Assembly (NCBI RefSeq): GCF_026571515.1
Contig: NW_026861034.1
Coordinates: 1 to 64,000 of the forward strand
Reading direction: 5' to 3'
Length of the DNA stretch: 64,000 nucleotides
DNA from: Ruditapes philippinarum
Taxonomy: Eukaryota
Shown here: positions 1-13,196 of the stretch, piece after piece
Layout of the letters: each line of letters opens with the position of its first letter
How positions within the stretch are numbered: position 1 is the first letter of the stretch
Program-made: the position numbers and the translations under genes
Notes under the pieces: generated by a model
What the model saw: only the letters and a program-made list of their open reading frames with translations
The model's database searches: none
Told to the model about the DNA's origin: nothing

Positions 1-76
1 CTTGAATATATCCTATAGAAATAGGCTTACATAATATAATACATGTACTTGCATATGTAAAAAAAACAATGATATC

Positions 77-205
77 TCATTCATTCATTCATTCATTCAT
101 TCATTCATTCATTCATTCATTCATTGAATCAATCAACCAATCATTCATTCATTTATTCATACATTCATTCATTCATTACTCTTTTATTCATATATTTCTT
201 ATTTT

Positions 206-241
<36 letters not shown>

Positions 242-305
242 TCAACCAATCATCCATTCATACATTCATTACTCATTTATTCATATATTTCTTATTTATT
301 TATTA
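77..305. repeat. (TCAT)n / (TTTA)n compound microsatellite
   Basis: Direct CATT and TTTA runs, which account for the low-complexity ORFs 69..311 and 124..306. Confidence 0.95.
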
Positions 306-2225
306 ATTTAATCTTTTTTTTTCCAGGAAACAAAGATTTGCATTTCTGCACACAAGTTTTGAATTATTATAGAAATCTTATGCTGCTGTATTCTTTCCAA
401 TTTTTATGCAGCGTCGTGTTGTTGTTATCCTTTAATTTGGCTGAATTCGTCATTTAAACAAGACACAATTAAGAATTATCTTAAAGTATAATGGAATGTT
501 TTAATGAATGCCCTTTCAAATATACGGCTTGATATTGGTTATGTACAATTCCATTCTGTACTGCCGTGTTGTTCGCTTATTAGCATAAATATGTTTTTAC
601 ATTTATTATCATAGGTCGATAATGTCGCCATAACAATATATTATTAATAAATTCGTCTATTTCCTATTTCTTGTAGGCTTATATTTTTAGGCATAAAACT
701 GTTTTTAATTAGTCTCATCCTATTTATATCTTTAATTTCACACTTATTGTAAGATTTAATGACATTATCTAAGTGATTCATATGTCTTATGCATAATAGT
801 AATTAGTTGAAGTGCATTTTCTAAGACATTCATTAAATAGAATGAGTTAATCGAATTAAATGATAGAGAACAATAAACTATTTGTCTGTATATTTCTTGA
901 TAGGACGTACTCCATTTAGATGTATACTTTTCATTAACGGAACATAAATTGTTTGTATAACTTGTGTTCTGTTTCCAACCAAAAGTCATGTTAAATATAG
1001 ATCAAAATAATGAGATCTATGATAAAAAACTAAAATGAAATAAATTAAAATAATATTTGATTTATATTAACAATAACTGAAAACAAAATAACTGATCAAC
1101 TATAAATATGCTATCTTGTCTTAACTATGAAACATCACAACATAAAATTAAAATGATAGTTAAATACACAATAATTGTATTGTTATATGTTTTCTTTTAA
1201 ATACAAATTACATTTTTACAATATAATTGTACCTCACAAGCTCAGCACTACTGTTTGAAAAAATATGCTAATAATTTAAAGTAAAAAAAAAACAAATAAA
1301 TAAAACACAACAACAAAGAATTGCTTTCTTTTATTTTATGTGTATATTGCAGTAAAATAGAACAGTGATATAGAACAGAACAGAGCATACGTTTTATTTA
1401 AGACTTGTGAATAGTAAATAATTGTAACAATTATAACGTCACGTGATTATCTTAACACAAAATACAATATTATACTGATCAGGTTATAGAAAATAAATTG
1501 TTTACCAAAAGCATGTTCAGATATATAATTGGTTAATATTTTCTCAAACATTACAGTACTATTAATCTTACTGGCAGCCATAGATGATATTGTATACCAT
1601 ATTACACCCAGTGAGTCTGACTATCTCACTGAAAGTACAACTTTAAGCCATAAATTAATGCTTTCTTTTGCGTTTCTCTTGCATGACAGTCAAATGCACA
1701 ACTAGAAGATCTACGAGTAAATTAGTTTCCAAAACTTCACATTATCAAATCACCAATCCTTCATTTACTGTCTGCTATTCTTGGATATCTTATAATGAAC
1801 AAACTTAATAAATTCAAGGATGCGATTTCAATTACTTATCTTTTGTTTTCATTGCTCTTCAGGAATCTCCACTTCCAAGAAATTGTATGTGTCTTGGTTT
1901 ACTAGTGAAATTTCGGAATTAAAACTTAAAGCAATTTATAATCAGTTATTTTGGTGAAAGAAAACTGATTGTAGACAAATTGATTTTTTTAATTGAGTAA
2001 ACGAAAAATTAATGCAATGCCCTGATGTCAACAAAGCGGCTTCTGTTGTCAGGAGCGAACAATGCATTTGACAGTAAATGTTTAAATAACCCAGATGTCA
2101 GGCTATAGTAAATCATAGAAAACCAGTTTCACAAGATGCATTTATTTGCACAAATAATAAAAACACAAAAACATTTATATATTCAATTTTGTAATATTAA
2201 CTTCAAGCTTTATATATACAAGAAA

Positions 2226-2920
2226 AATAGATAAATAAAGAATCCCTAAAGAAAGCCCAACACGACAAAATTGAAAATGTTGCAGGCTCGCTTTGATTGA
2301 GCCTGTTCATAGACGGTACTGGAAAGTGCAAGTTACCGTCCACGCCCCCTAGCACCGGCTTAAGCAGAATTCAACATTTAAACATGAAATAGTACAATTT
2401 TGAATTTAGAAATATCCGCAGATATGTTCATACGGCGGTTATCATGGAACCTTCAATGTTACACTTCCGTGCCATTCCATGAAAAGCGGCGTATGGTCCC
2501 CAAGTAATAAAAAGCGTGTGCCCTAAACGAGAAAACAATGGGCGGTACTAAATAACATGGAATTTTGAAAGGGGATCAGAGGTTATGAAGCCTGCATATG
2601 ACAGATAAGACGTCAAAAGACAAATTTAAAAAGCAGGCAACATATCCTAAGGGTGATTCAACATTATTCAAGAAGGAATATTGGAACCACCCAACTAGAA
2701 AATGCCGAAAAGTTGAAACTAAAAATACCACAAGCACAACAACAATGTCGTGCTAAACGATCTTCAAGGATCGAAAATATAACATCATTGATTAAATGTA
2801 CGGGGAGACGTTTTACAGCCACCACACGGCACAAATAACACGGACGTGACCATAAAATAGATAAATACAGAATCCCTAAAGAAAGCCCAACACGACAAAA
2901 TTGAAAATGTTGCAGGCTCG
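2226..2920 (+). mobile_element. Unclassified structured non-coding repeat, family A copy A1 (one 630-bp unit plus 65 bp of the next unit)
   Basis: 2226-2290 recurs at 2856-2920 (period 630). Close copies lie at 17970-18223, 38326-38903, 51384-54051 and 63950-64000. Strand given is the strand on which stems form G-T/U pairs. Confidence 0.85.
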
Positions 2921-3579
2921 TAAGTCGATTTTTTTTGTTTAATTTATTACTGTAACAGCCAAATCATAGTTGTATTTTATTTACATATTGCTTTGAACCA
3001 CTTTTTTCTATATAGTCACTTACATAAATGTTAAGCGTTCTTAACAATAATGCTGAGAGTACTTGATATTTATGTTGAGAGTACTTGACAATCTTCTAAT
3101 AAATGTAAAAAAAGGTCTTGACATTAATTCTAAGAATATCCAAAATGTAAAGTTTGAAACAATATATATATAGTATTTGGCATTAATGTTGAGAATATAT
3201 GAAAGTTTAGAAAAATTGACAATAATGTTGATAGAACGTTTTTGTCACTATTGTTTTAACGTTTTCATCTAAAATACAGAATTCCTCAGTTCCATAACAA
3301 AAAACTTCGTTAAATCTATGCGTCCAATATTGCCGGCTTTTCATTTAGACTTTAAACATTTATTGATATGTTTGAAATAGGGAAAGTGTGATGTACAATA
3401 CTATTTAAAAAGATTTAATGCGTTTTACTGTTTTGAGGTAACGTTTTTATTTCTACAATATATATTTATTCATTTCAAAATATTTATCATTGGTATCTAC
3501 TATTGCAATGATTAGTTATTGTATTTAAAGTTGTTTTTTCGCTGAATTCCTGACTGAACAGAACATGTTACTTCACAAT

Positions 3580-3790
3580 TCATTATGTGGCCCGACGTTA
3601 TAAAACATTAATAAACATTTTCTTCCCGTAACAAATTGCATAACGTAGCACACCAAATGCATTTTTCATCATATAAGAAAACAATAAATTTGCTGATGTT
3701 CGCAGACTGCATTAATGTAGATGTAGACGGTTAATGGCACACACGAAATTGTTCTCAGGAACATTCATAGTCAAGCATAACATGTAGAAC
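3580..3790 (-). pseudogene. Ancient LINE ORF2 C-terminal relic (RTEX-like), paralogous to 35332-35540
   Basis: Minus-strand remnants resemble FR..H.L / DE.H....C....LR. The DNA is similar to 35332-35540 (cattatgtggcccgac..., agacggtt...). Confidence 0.4.
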
Positions 3791-4462
3791 CTATCAAACG
3801 GTTTATGATAGTTCATTTGCAAGTAAAGAAAATCATTAACAATTTCATTTACATTATCTATTTCTATAGAAATAATTAAAAAAACATCAAAAATAAAATA
3901 ATTTTGGTAAAATATTCATGTTTCATTTTAATGTCTTGCTAATCTTTATACTGATTTTTTTTATTGAAAACAACTGTATCTATACTTAGTTTTAAATCAA
4001 AAAGATACAACATATATATAAATCTGAATCTGAGCCTGAAAATAGCAAAGTAATTAAAATCAGAACATAATTTCATGAAATTTTACTTTTATCAAAAGCG
4101 TATACGTAGGTGTTTGGTAAAGGTGTTTTTAACACATTCAAATCGCTCTAAAATGCCATAGGATCTTATCTGTATAAGTCACATTTTCTTTATTTATGCT
4201 TTATGTGTCGTTGTAAAATGTAATAAATCAAGAAAATGATTTAAAACGCTCTTACATTTTGTAAAATGAATGAAAGATATACTGTTCTACTCGATTTAAT
4301 TACCACTTTCTTAGGTTTGTTCATAAAATGATACTTATCAATTTCTTTGTTCGTTTTAAAGAAAGGAATATATACATTGTACAAATAATTTAATAGTAAG
4401 CTTTTAGTTAATTAATATCATCAGACTGATTTGATTTATGCGTGGACACAATTTGTCTTGCT

Positions 4463-4940
4463 GTAGTGTAAAGATCGATCATCGCGAAATTAGTAATGTG
4501 TTTGTGCTTTTTTAATTCACTCTAGTTTACCTTTCCTGGATGTGTGGTTCCAGTATCCCTACATTAATACCGTATAATTAGCTTATGGATATTTAACTGT
4601 TTTTTTTTATTAATTTGGTTTACGACGTCTTGTTTGTGATTTGCAAGCTTCTTAACCGCTGATTTCATTGAAGCAATTCTGTTTAATTTATTTTTTGCCA
4701 TTTTTTCTTGTTGAGGGCCAACGTATTATTTTACATTGGGACCAAACGCCATTGACGTGAAAAATTGACAGTTCTCTGATTACCGCCGTATAAATAACTC
4801 TGCGGTATAAATGGCTAATTATGAATTCTGCTCACTAATAAGTTGGTAGTGCCAGGAATTTGGACGGTCAGCTTGCAATTACCACTTCCGTCCATGAACA
4901 GGATCAATCAAACCAAGCCTGCAACATTTTCATTTTTGCC
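4463..4940 (-). mobile_element. Divergent relative of family A (subfamily C)
   Basis: Shares collinear blocks with family A over ~480 bp: gtggttcca, gacgtctt, gggacca.acgcc, accgccgtat, gaattctgct, ggacgg...ccgtccatgaacagg.tcaatcaaacc.agcctgcaacatttt. Confidence 0.75.
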
Positions 4941-6130
4941 TTTATACCAAATTGAGTAGGATAATATTACAATAAATTGCGTTCTTGGCAATATGAAATA
5001 TATTGTTTTAAAAATTACACTGACGAGACATAAGGATCAATAAATTTTGTCTTTGACGCATTCAATTTGACTACGCAAAACATTACATTAACTGTAGGCA
5101 AAATAAGTTATTATTTGTCTCATAATATAAGGCAACAAAAATAATGAGTATGCCCTGTGAACATGCTTGGTGCTTTTAAATATTTTTACAAAACGAAATA
5201 TCAAGCATTTGTTACAATTAATTTTGATACTACGAGATACAATCGTTCAAATACATTTTATTAGAAAAACATACGCGGTGAAAGAAGTTTAATTACTTCT
5301 GTTACGTTTAAGCGGATGATGAAAGAAATGTAAAGTAGAAACCTAAGAGGTCAACAAACTTTTACATAAAGTACAGCCGACATAAAATGCCACGGCATTG
5401 TCTGAAATATAAACTCTAACATGAATAACACAATCAACTTTTATTTTCGCTGACTTGGTTTGAATATGTGGACTTTTTCAATGGAATTTTGTTTCGTAGT
5501 GCCTGGTCAATAACCAATATCCAGACAAACAATTAACCAATATTCTGTACAATATACCGCTTTTTACGGTCTGTCTAACATCTTTAACTTTTTTCCTACC
5601 GGTGTATTGCGATCCTAATATATAAATATTTTTAACAAATTCTAAAATTATGTGTTTGCATGTGCTTGATTGCAAACAGGCAGTTAATAAACTTAACTGA
5701 TAATGTGACGAACACTTTAAAATCCCTCACTATAAGTAAAAATAAACGTTTAAGTTTCAGTACTCCATAATATTCAGGGCGTATATTTAAGTTACAGATA
5801 AACAAATAGTTATATAGAGACATACAGGCCGACAGCACAATTTTAAAATATTTTAATGGAAACATTTCAGACAAAATACAAATCATGTCTCTATTTCTCA
5901 GTTGAAGTAAAAAGACTGAAAATTCTTCATTTGTTTGAAATTTGGTGGTAATAATCATACTCGATAATCATGCAAAGTTGAAATGAATTCTATTATTACA
6001 TTAGTAATGACATCGTACAAAAATCAGTCATTCGCCGAAAATCGATTGAAACACCCTTCATATTTAGCTCATTACTGTAAAATCATTATTCTTCGTGTGG
6101 CACGAATTTTCGTGGTTTTATATATACATG

Positions 6131-7585
6131 TATGGTTAAAGCTCTATAATAATGGAATTCAGGGTAAATTGTTAAGAATAGTGAGGGACATGTATCAAAA
6201 GGTTAAGTCATGTGTTAGAAATTGTAATAACTATTCGGAATATTTTGAGTATGCTGTAGGATTGAAACAAGGGGAGATAATGTCACCGATTTTGTTCTCA
6301 CTTTTCGTAGAAGATTTAGAGCTTTTTTTGCAAGATGATGTAGATTCTGGTTTAGTCATTGATGATATTGTATTAATTTTGTTATTATTTGCAGATGATA
6401 TGGTAATTTTAGGAAAGTCAAAGGAGGAATTGCAGAAAAATTTAAACCTATTGTATGATTATTGTAGTAAATGGGGATTAGAAGTTAATACTGAAAAAAC
6501 TAAAATTATGGTATTTAGAAAAAGAGGGGGTTTATTGTTAAATGAACATTGGACATATAATGGGAAAGAACTAGAGGTAGTGAACGATTTTAACTATTTA
6601 GGAACTGTTTTTCATTATACTGGAAATTTTACGCTAAATCAGGAATATCTCACTGGAAAGGCTCTTAAGGCATTGAATTTATTAATGATTAATTGTAAAA
6701 AGATTAAGTTAAGGCCTAAAGTTTTATGTCAATTATTCGATGCATTTGTTGGTTCGATATTAAACTACGCAGCAGAAATTTGGGGTTATACAAAGTCAAA
6801 AGTTATTGAACGAATCCATCTGAAATTTTGCAAACATTTATTAAAGGTTAGAAATAGTACTTGTTCTGTTGGTGTGTACGGTGAATTGGGCAGATACCCA
6901 TTGTATATTAAGCGTTATGTAGCCATGATAAAATATTGGTTAAGATTAATAAATAGTGACAATATTATATTAAATCGTGTTTATGTAATGTCATTGGAAC
7001 ATTGTAACAAAGGTTTTAAAAACTGGGTGAGCAATGTTAAAGCTCTATTATGTGACTTCGGATTTACATATGTTTGGGACAATCCATGCGCTATTGATAA
7101 AAATTTTGTATATATATTTAAGGAGAGAGTGATAGATTGTTTTTTACAAGGATGGAATGTAAATAAGGAAAGTAGCGAAGTGTTAGATTTGTATAAAAAC
7201 TTTAAAAATATTTTTGGATACGAAGCATATTTAGATATTTTACCTAGTTCATTAAGATGTTACATCACTAGATTAAGAATTTCAGCACATGCTCTAAGAA
7301 TTCAAACTGGAAAGGTTTGCCAGAAATAGATTACCTAGAAACGAAAGATATTGTCAATGTTGCCATTCACTAGATTTAGAAGATGAATACCACTTTGTTA
7401 TTATATGCCCTATCTATTCAGATTTACGTAAAAAATTTATAGCAAAATATTATTATATCAAACCAAGTGTATATAAGTTTTTAGAATTGTTACAAACAGA
7501 AAATAAGACTGCTCTTTATAAATTAGGGTTATACTGTAAAAACGCAATGTCTATAAGAAATTCGATTATTAATATTACGAATTAG
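6131..7585 (+). pseudogene. LINE ORF2 fragment: reverse transcriptase plus C-terminal CCHC zinc knuckle, one +1 frameshift near 7312
   Basis: Motifs GLKQGEIMSPILF, LFADD, YLG, ERIHLKFCK and GELGRYPL. Removing one A restores IQTGRF..ERYCQCC..EDEYHFVIICP, with stop TAG at 7583-7585. Confidence 0.92.
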
Positions 7586-8455
7586 TGAAAAATTGTCTTG
7601 AAATATTGAACGTGCTATTTATTATATGCCGGTTAGTGTTTATATGGTTGCTTTTGTCAACCAGACTGTGTTAGTTTGTATATATGTATGTCTATAGTTT
7701 GATGTTGTAAATAAGATGTTATTTATTATAAGCTTAATAGTGTTTATATGGATGTTTCTGGTCAACCGTACAGTTCTAATTTAATAGATGATGAGTTATA
7801 TTTAGTTATGAAAATATATTATAAGTAAGCCAAACATTGTTGAAAAGATAGCAAACTTTATATGGATGTTTCTGGTAAACCGTATAGTTCTGATTAAATA
7901 GATTATTATAGTTATATGTCTTATGACTGTGCACAGTTAAGAAATGTATTAAGTAGATTATTTTGTCTTATGACCCAAGTTAGTCGTAAGGCTTTTTCTT
8001 AAATTACAACTTTGCAATCGAAATATTTTTGGAATAGCCAATTGTTAACCTTCCCTTTCGTTTCGTTTAAGGTTAACTGTAGTTTTGGAGTACTATTCCC
8101 TTTCAATATAGATATAGTGTGATACTATAGTTGGTAATTCACTTGTATCTGGTGTTGATTACGTATATATATAGATAACTTTATTGCAAGTGTCACAATA
8201 ATGTATGTGAAATTCACGCTATCTTTGTCAACATGTTCGTAACACAATATTAAAATATGTAATATATGTTAAACTGATTATGTCAAATCCTATACTGAAG
8301 GAAACAAAATAGATTAAACTGTTCACCTTCAAGAAATTTGCAGACTATCCATTGATTTTGTGATTGTATATATGTATGTATGAATGAATGTATTAATGTA
8401 ATTGAATATGTACTTTGTATACGTCAAAATAAACTTTCTGTTCTGTTCTGTTCTG
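6131..8455 (+). mobile_element. 5'-truncated non-LTR retrotransposon (RTEX-like LINE)
   Basis: Reverse-transcriptase (RT) ORF, ~870-bp 3' UTR, AATAAA then a (TTCTG)4 tail. A perfect 10-bp target-site duplication (TSD), TATATACATG, lies at 6121-6130 and 8456-8465. Confidence 0.93.
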
Positions 8456-10257
8456 TATATACATGACGGGGACTACTTGATCGTTTCTGTGAGTATAATC
8501 GAGTAAATACGAGAACCCAGTGCATAAATTAGCGCTAATAAAAATTTTCAGTTTGCACTCATTAACTTATTAATCTATTTATAAAAGTCTTTTACATTTA
8601 TATTTTATATTTATTATGTCGTAAGTAAAGTACACAAAACAATATAAAGGCCGATCGCTAAAACAGATTAATTGTACATTCTTTTGTTGTGTTTAAATGA
8701 TCCAGTTAAAATGAATTTTAATCTGTAATTTCGTAACTGCTATTCCTTAAACATCAAAGACGCGGGCGACTTTTTACTAGATCCACACATACACGTGTTA
8801 TTTACTAATATTAATTTACATGCTATTTACTAATATTAATTTATATGCATGTTAATTTACACAGTCGATGTGACGTGTGTAGTTACTGTCAAATACAGTT
8901 AGACCGATTAAGGGTGTAAACTTTATAACTCACTGGTTTAAATGTGCTAAGTGTCGTATAAATTATGCGATTTTTAAATTTGCGAATTACAGGGGATGTG
9001 TGTCCAATGGAGTTGCATATCATGTCACATAAAGGTATTAATTGCAGTCAATTATCGGCAGCAACTGTGCTATCTTTGGCTTATGCCCAGAGGCAAGACA
9101 AGCGCTGTGTTATCCGTAAAGATATGTACATACGGCAAGTAAAATGCGCAACGATTAAGTGTAAGATTACTATGCATTAGGTAATTATTAAAATCCACGA
9201 ATTTAAGAACCCACGAAAATGTAAGTTTTGATGAAACCACGAACTTTCATGCCCACGAATATAAGGGAATTCGCAGTATATACAAACTTTTTGGAAATTC
9301 TGATGTGTTCGTAAAGTACAATAACTTTAGTATTTATTTGATACTGAAATTAATCATTCATCTGAAAGATGAAAATCAATTCCCGTACACAAAATATACC
9401 ATAACATAATATTAAGATAAACGCTTGTACAATTACGCGGTACCATTATCATTATGCATTTCCGGGCAATGAAGTACTTGTATGCTTGATACGTTGCTAA
9501 TTTAAGCAATATATACACTTTAATCGAATATATTTCTCAATTATGATATTTAAATTAATTTCTCATCTTATCATCTGCTTATCAGTCCACATGTTGTACT
9601 ACTCTGTACGCTAATACTTGCCATTACTTGCCGAAGCAAAATCATTTACAAGAGCCAATTTCGACAAGATATAGATGTAATGATTTAAATGAAACCCTTG
9701 CTTACCTTCTGCCGGACATACATTACGCGAATACAGTTCTCACTTTGTCCATGTGTCTTTATCTAGCAGTTGCAATTTTAGAAATTTTATTCACTCATCC
9801 AATGGGACATATGATAATAATTACGTACAAGTGCGTTGCACATAAGTTAGAGCTTCCAAATTAAATGATAACATGTGTGACAAACAACATTAAGTCACAT
9901 TCAATACATAATATTAGAAGAACAAGATATTATGATATCTTTAATAGTTTCATTGGTTCTGTAGTCATATAACTAGATATAAATTCCGTCGGCATAATAT
10001 AAATCTTTAAGGAAAGCGTTCTTTCCAAAATATTAAATAATCATAAAACAAAAGTATAACAATCTCTCTGAAATGATTTTTTTAATAGAAGGTGGTAGTT
10101 CAAAACATATGTTTCCTGCACCGTGTATTTGTATGAAATACATGTTCGACATTAATGTCAGTATTTAATTAAAATATTTTTGCTACACTACTTTTCTTGA
10201 TAAGAATAGTTAATAATATGCATAACCAATAACTGAACTATAAAAAAACTTTAAATA

Positions 10258-10465
10258 CAGTTGACTCTCAATAAGTCAAAATCGCTTTACTCAAAATTCC
10301 GCGTTAGTCGAAGAATTTCTAAAGTCCCGTCCAATTTCCTTCTTTATCTTTGTATTTTAACTCCGCTTAGGTCAAATTTTGACTTACCGAGACTCCTGTT
10401 TAGTCGAAAAGAAAATTTGGTCCCGACAATTAAAGTCCAACATATTTTCATCTCAATTAGTCGAT
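10258..10465. mobile_element. Single arm of a Tc1/mariner-type MITE
   Basis: Starts TA|CAGTTGACTCTCAATAAGTC with repeated TTAGTCGA motifs. No partner arm was seen. Confidence 0.45.
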
Positions 10466-12287
10466 AGTTGATAATGTAAATTGTAACAAAATAGTATTCG
10501 ACACATGTAAACATTGTCTTTAGGCCTAAATTGTAAATCTGTATGCTAATAAAAAGACGATATTATCAAGATTGTTTTAGATTTTGTATATCAGAGTAGA
10601 TTTGAGTCTAATTATTGCTTTATTATAATGACATGAGGGCAAAATTTAGCAACAAGTTCTTTTTATGAAAGTGACAAGTACCATTCTTTTTAAACATTAT
10701 TAGTTTAATATATATGTTTATGTTATATAATACATTGTTTTTCAGTTCCCTTAATAATAACCAAATACTGTATGATAATAATTCGTGTATTATCAATCCT
10801 GTCATTTTTAGATTCCGATAGAAGACGATTTCCTGCCTCTTCCTGAGTTTCAATCAACATTCTTATCGAGCATTATCTTAAGATTGACTAAAATCAATAT
10901 GTATACGAAATCACTTTGCTTGCGGCTTATACCTTGAACTTTTGAAACCATTATTTTATCTCAATATTATATAAATAATTATTCTTTGTCTTTGCAATAT
11001 GTATGCCTCCAGCCTTTCTGTCCCAGAACTGGTTTACTTTTATGGAGACTTTCTACATCAGTTTAGCGGAAAAAAGTAGTGTAGATAATTTCTAGCATAA
11101 ACCTTTCGATTGGAAAAGGAAACGCTTCAAAAGCATTCTGATAAAAAATAAAAAGACATGATATTTGTAAATTCATGTAAGACGGTTTTTACACTGGTAT
11201 GAACTGAAAAAAATTATTTATAAAAAAAAAACAAAAAAAAAAACATATCGATTTTACGGATCAATCTTGAAAACAATACACTTTCATTCAAAATTATAAT
11301 AATTTGTATTATTGACAAATAAAGCATCTTTATGAAACAAATTATGTATCTTTTTATATAGTCAAAAATGATATTGATAATATTTCCAAATGTTTTAACT
11401 ATTGAATTTTGTGTAGAGATCAATGCCTTACAATGATGAATTTCGTCATTTTTTTTAGAATAATTGAAGTAATATCATCGTAAAATATATGTCAAATGCA
11501 AACAATGATCACATTATCTAACATTGCGATAAACAAACTTTCCAGCTATCTTACTGAACATCGTCGGCTACTCATTATAAAAATGAAGGCTCAAGTTAAT
11601 AGTTAAAAAAAATGAATTCATTTTAGCTGTCTTATGACGTTTTACCAATTAAATCATACTGAAATTTGGCAGCCATTTTGTTAGACATTCATTACTTTGA
11701 CAACATAAATAGTCAAATTAAAAATAACAGAAAGACTACGAACAGAATATAATAATAGATAAAAACTGATAAATACACAAATCCTTCATTGTAAGGTCAT
11801 TTAGAGAGAAATGCCAAAAGATATTATTGATGGGTCTGTTCGTTTCACATAGTCTCAAGATAGAAAGGTCTTTGAATTAAAAAAGTTCAGATTCCGCGAA
11901 ATATGCCAACACAATAGAATAGTGAAACAATTTGCAATTTTTCAAAATAAATATCACTTATTTATTTGGTTAACAAATGTATTGATCATTTTGTCAACTA
12001 TTCTTTTCGCCATTTCATCCCAGAATGAAAAAAGTAACCTTTAACTTCAGAACAAATCTTTATCAGAACAAAATATGATCATGTATGTGTGCTGCAGCTG
12101 TAAGTATGATTGGAATAACGGCTTCAAAAATCATTATCCATGTAATTTATTCGTTTAAAGTTACCAAGAAGGATGCAGAAGGATGCAGATAATTAAGATG
12201 AAGATTTTAAGTCTTACTTTAAATATGCACCCATACATTTCATTACAATAAGACTTACTATACAGGCTTTTGTAGTAATGAATATTG

Positions 12288-13196
12288 TTTTTATGCCCCC
12301 CCACTCGAAGAAGAGGGGGTATATTGTTTTGCTAAGGCCGGTCTGTCTGTCGGTCTGTCCGTCGGTAGACCACATGGTTTCCGCTGATTATCTTGAAAAC
12401 TATTTATCACAAAGTCTTCATATTTTACACAGTGATTGGTCATAATTAGTAGATGACCCCTATTGATTTTGGTGTCACTAGGTCAAAGGTCAAGGTCTCA
12501 GGGGCCTTAAATGTCAAAATGGTTTCCACTGATTACCTAAAAAAGTATTCATCACAAAGTTGTCATACTTCACATAGTGAATGGTCATAACTAGTAGATG
12601 ACCCCTATTGATTTTGGGGTCACTAGGTCAAAGGTCAAGGTCACAGGGGCCTTAAATGTCAAAATGGCTTCCGCTGATTTTCTTGAAAAGTATTGATCAC
12701 AAAATCGTCATATTTCACATATTGATTGGTCATAACTAGTAGATGACCCCTACTGATTTTGAGGTCACTATGTTAAAGGTCAAGGTCACAGGGGCCTAAA
12801 ATGTCAGAATGGTTTCTGCTGATAATCTTGAAAAGTATTCGTCACAAAGTTTCCATACTTCACATAGTGATTGATTATAAGTAGTAGATGGCCCCTATTG
12901 ATTTTTGGGTCACTAGGTCAAAGGTCAATGTCACAAGGGCCTTTAATGTCAAAATGGTTTCTGCTGATTATATTGAAAAGTTTTCATCACAAAGTCGTCA
13001 TACTTCACATAGTGATTGATCACAACTAGTAAATGACCCCTATTGATTTTAGGGTCACTAGGTCAAAGGTTAAGGTCACAGGGGCCTTAAATGTTAGAAT
13101 GATTTCTGCTGATTATCTTGAAAAGTATTTATCACAAAGTCTCCATACTTATGATAGTGATTGGTCATAACTAGTAGATGAACCCTATTGATTTTA
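12288..13196 (+). mobile_element. Helentron-associated/pearl-like non-autonomous element with a 145-bp tandem core (~5.5 units)
   Basis: Head TTTTTATGCCCCCC..GAGGGGGTATATTG and a GTCT/GTCC microsatellite. The GATGACCCCTATTGATTTT-type anchor recurs at 12452, 12597, 12742, 12887, 13032 and 13177. Confidence 0.8.

Larger units (their letters stand above)
6075..9276. mobile_element. TA-flanked MITE (Tc1/mariner-like termini) interrupted by the LINE
   Basis: Left arm TA|CTGTAAAATC..TTCGTGTGGCACGAATTTTCGTGGTTT and right arm AAACCACGAACTTTCATGCCCACGAA..TTCGCAG|TA form imperfect inverted repeats. Confidence 0.65.

Noticed and set aside
69-311. ORFs 69..311 and 124..306
   Set aside because: They are translations of microsatellites.
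2281-2580. Known RNA motifs in family A: pistol-like TGCTTAAGCC, twister-like GGTCCCCAAG, SECIS-like stem 2, group II domain 5-like GGAA hairpin, HDV-like TCCACGC
   Set aside because: The required partner elements or pseudoknots are missing or not conserved in subfamilies B-D, and there is no CUGANGA..GAAA hammerhead core. This was judged by eye; an Infernal search is still needed.
2226-2920. 65-bp terminal direct repeats read as LTRs (TRIM)
   Set aside because: No TG..CA ends, primer-binding site or TSD, and the other copies lack the second repeat.
5983-6130. N-terminus of the 448-aa ORF
   Set aside because: It lies outside the LINE 5' junction and is chance in-frame flank and MITE sequence.
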